In this document: positions 61,425 through 64,000 of the stretch, piece after piece | How the letters are laid out: every line of letters begins with the position of its first letter | How positions within the stretch are numbered: the stretch's first letter is position 1 | Source: Nemertoderma westbladi | Taxonomy: Eukaryota > Animalia > Xenacoelomorpha | Direction of reading: 5' to 3' | NCBI GenBank assembly: GCA_032718475.1 | Contig: JAUCBJ010007602.1 | Coordinates: forward strand, 13,783-77,782 | Length of the DNA stretch: 64,000 nt | Made by a program: the position numbers and the translations under genes | The notes under the pieces: model-generated | Database searches by the model: none | Told to the model about the DNA's origin: nothing | The model's input: the letters and a program-made list of their open reading frames with translations, nothing else

Positions 61425-64000
61425 TAATTGAAGAGATACGCCTATTCCTACTATCGGAAGAGACGGTAACAATACCTGCAATATCCTACTGTAAAGTTTG
61501 TAAATCAAATCATAAATCCGACCTCCTCACCAAAACAGTAAACCCTAAGTAAGCGAATATATTGCAGTATCGATCTCTTATAACCGGTGAGGCAGAAAAC
61601 AGTCTACGAGCAGACAAACTTCGGTAAAACAAATCCCGCGCAGCGAATCCTAAAATCAGGCTGACTCACTGACGGACTAAGGGGCTCGTATACTTTGCCG
61701 CGGTGTGATTTATATGGTTGGGCAAAGGGACGCTAGCTAGGTATAGAGCAGATTTGGAGATGTCTAACTAGCGGGCAAAGCACAGTACGGACAAAGTTAA
61801 TTTTATATATTTCGAGGTGTAAATAATTTCTAACGCGCGTGTGTTAATTCTGAACGGTCAAAACAGTTTTGCTCCTTCACATATATAATTACTGGGTACG
61901 GTGTGCATTTTACGAATATTCTAATTTTGTAACTTGTAGGTCCAATACTCACGAATGGTAAGGTTCCTTCCCCTCTTGCGTATTTCCAGGACTCAAATTC
62001 AGGCATAAGGTTAATACTACGCCCAGAATTCGGCAATTTTAGGTACCAGGTCCCTGATACTAAGAAGAGATGTGTTAGTTTACTACTGTAGGCGTACAGG
62101 TACTAATAGCTATCCTGGCTCCTATCTAGAATTTTAGTCACCCAGGTAGTCCGGGTAACTTCCTATTAGGGCGTTGGCGGGGACACGGTAGATGTTAGTA
62201 TATCCCTGATAGCCTCAATTTATTTGCGCCTAGCGTAAACTGCCCTACCGCCTGAACGGTACAATCCCAATTCAGGTGAAAACACAGCAACCCCCTAGCC
62301 TACAAGTTCTGATGTAATGGACACTGTTGTACGGCAAATAGTCGCACACACACCTGTACTTAGCAAGAGTTAAGCGTACAGTTTGCTGCACCCTAACCAA
62401 TGTGTATGCCTTGTACCGGTGTGCCTACGTCCTATCTGCGTACTAGTATCTGCTCTCTCTCCCTCCCCCCGTAGGAATGTGAAGGTCTACTGTGGGTTTT
62501 CCTGAATCAAGACAGTACAGTCCCTATGATGTAATTTTAGGCTTACAGCGTGTCACTACGTCTACCTTTTGATCTTTTGGTCTTATACTTAGGTAGCAAG
62601 GATCGAACGCTGTCTAACCTTTCAGGCGATGGGCGAATAACTCTAAGATGGTATTGCGGGTTGTCTCTCGTCTACATTCCCGTGATGTTCCCGTTCATTG
62701 CTGCGGCCCGATCTCTAGCCGGCCATCCTGTCCCTGAGTTTGTTCACCGTAGTGAATTCATAGTAAAACAGAAAAGCTGAGAGAATATTCTGACTTTATT
62801 ACAGAAGACACAATTATAATACAATGTAATCTGAGAATAAACTAAGCACGACAGAATAAATCTGAGAAGTATAGATAAATTAGTATAAGTGTAACTAATG
62901 AACGAATCGCACCTTTATATACTAAATTTGTGCTGCAATCAATCGAGAAAATTCTCGATTGTTCTATGGGTTCTAACAAGGTTTTAAAGATAGCTTATTG
63001 GTCCAGCTAATATATAACTTGCACGACATTGGTTACAATCAAATAACTACAGCCTTATTGGTACAGACAAATGCAATTAATTTGTAGCGGTTAATTTAAA
63101 TGAGTTGAAATTCTGCACAAAAAATAATTCGCACTTACTAGGATTCGAACTCGATACCTACTACACATATAATTTCCAACGCTCTACCAACTGAGCTACT
63201 GAACCACTTGACCGATAGATACACAATAGATAGAACCAATACTAATGAGAACTCAAAGCAATCTTTACAAAGTTAATTCGAATAAAATAAAATTTTGAAA
63301 ATCCACGGCATTTAGGGAATATAATTCTATACCGCTCCATGAAAACAGGATATTATCGTGCATAAAATATACGGTTTTCACCAATAATCAATCAAACTAT
63401 AGAATACTTAGGGCGTACTTACATATTTACAATTAAGTTTCAAACAATACTTCCTTTCTACGTAATGATTCGATACAAAATAATTACAAATTCAAACTTT
63501 ACGTATTTAAGGCTTTACTAAGTAAGTACAATATAAATCTAAATTAAATTCACCAATATAAATCTATTGCATCTCAAATATTGCATAAATTCAAACAATT
63601 ACAAATACAAATAAATGAAAACAATAAGAAAGGCTCGCAAGTCTTCCATCTACTATTGCATCCCAAATATTGCATAAATTCAAGTAATTACAAATACTTT
63701 CGTACCTAAATGTAGATTGCATAAGTTTGGAATAATTACAAATATGAGTCTTTCTGAGCACAAATTTTCTGTCTATAAAACTTTCTAAATACAAAATAAC
63801 ACTTTACAAATGAAACTATAAGAAAGGCCCACGAGTCTTCCATGTACTCTTACTTTCTATTTCACTGTAAATACAAATACTGCTTATAAAATATAAATTG
63901 CATAATATTCGGAACAATATACATTGCATAAGTTCGGAATAATATAAATTGCATAAGTTCGAAATAATCACGTAAATATAAAATATAAATTCTTACTAAA
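61425..64000 (-). mobile_element. 3' end of a second copy (element 2B): LTR 61425-62448, PPT and 3' UTR; runs off the right edge
   Basis: Matches 42780-45260 with scattered substitutions and indels. Confidence 0.9.

Overview
Repeat-dense animal genomic DNA, probably from an invertebrate (inference), made mostly of nested mobile elements and satellites around one host gene, an intronless class A GPCR at about 29.2-31.4 kb. Left to right: (1) a decayed BEL/Pao-type LTR element (minus strand, <1-8742) sitting in a 48-bp satellite; (2) a tandemly duplicated satellite-plus-1.65-kb block whose second copy holds a Gypsy element (14349-23921, TSD AAACC), itself interrupted by a PHD-APE-RT LINE; (3) the GPCR, a TA-flanked foldback MITE and an 8.3-kb 27-bp satellite; (4) a second, divergent BEL/Pao-type element (minus strand, 42780-61424) interrupted by a hATm-type transposon and abutted by another copy of itself. 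The best candidate for an undescribed system: both BEL/Pao-like elements carry an extra downstream ORF with WRN/EXD/Mut-7-like DEDDy 3'-5' exonuclease motifs, and the intact copy also has three CCHC knuckles. The intact element encodes an open Gag-protease-integrase polyprotein with no RT or RNase H. Its primer-binding site is not tRNA-like but is perfectly complementary to an 11-mer directly beside its own polypurine tract (possible self-priming). It also has TA...TA LTR ends, a dispersed 17-bp near-palindromic motif and a tRNA-like Pol III cassette. All family assignments come from motif recognition by eye; no database searches were run.
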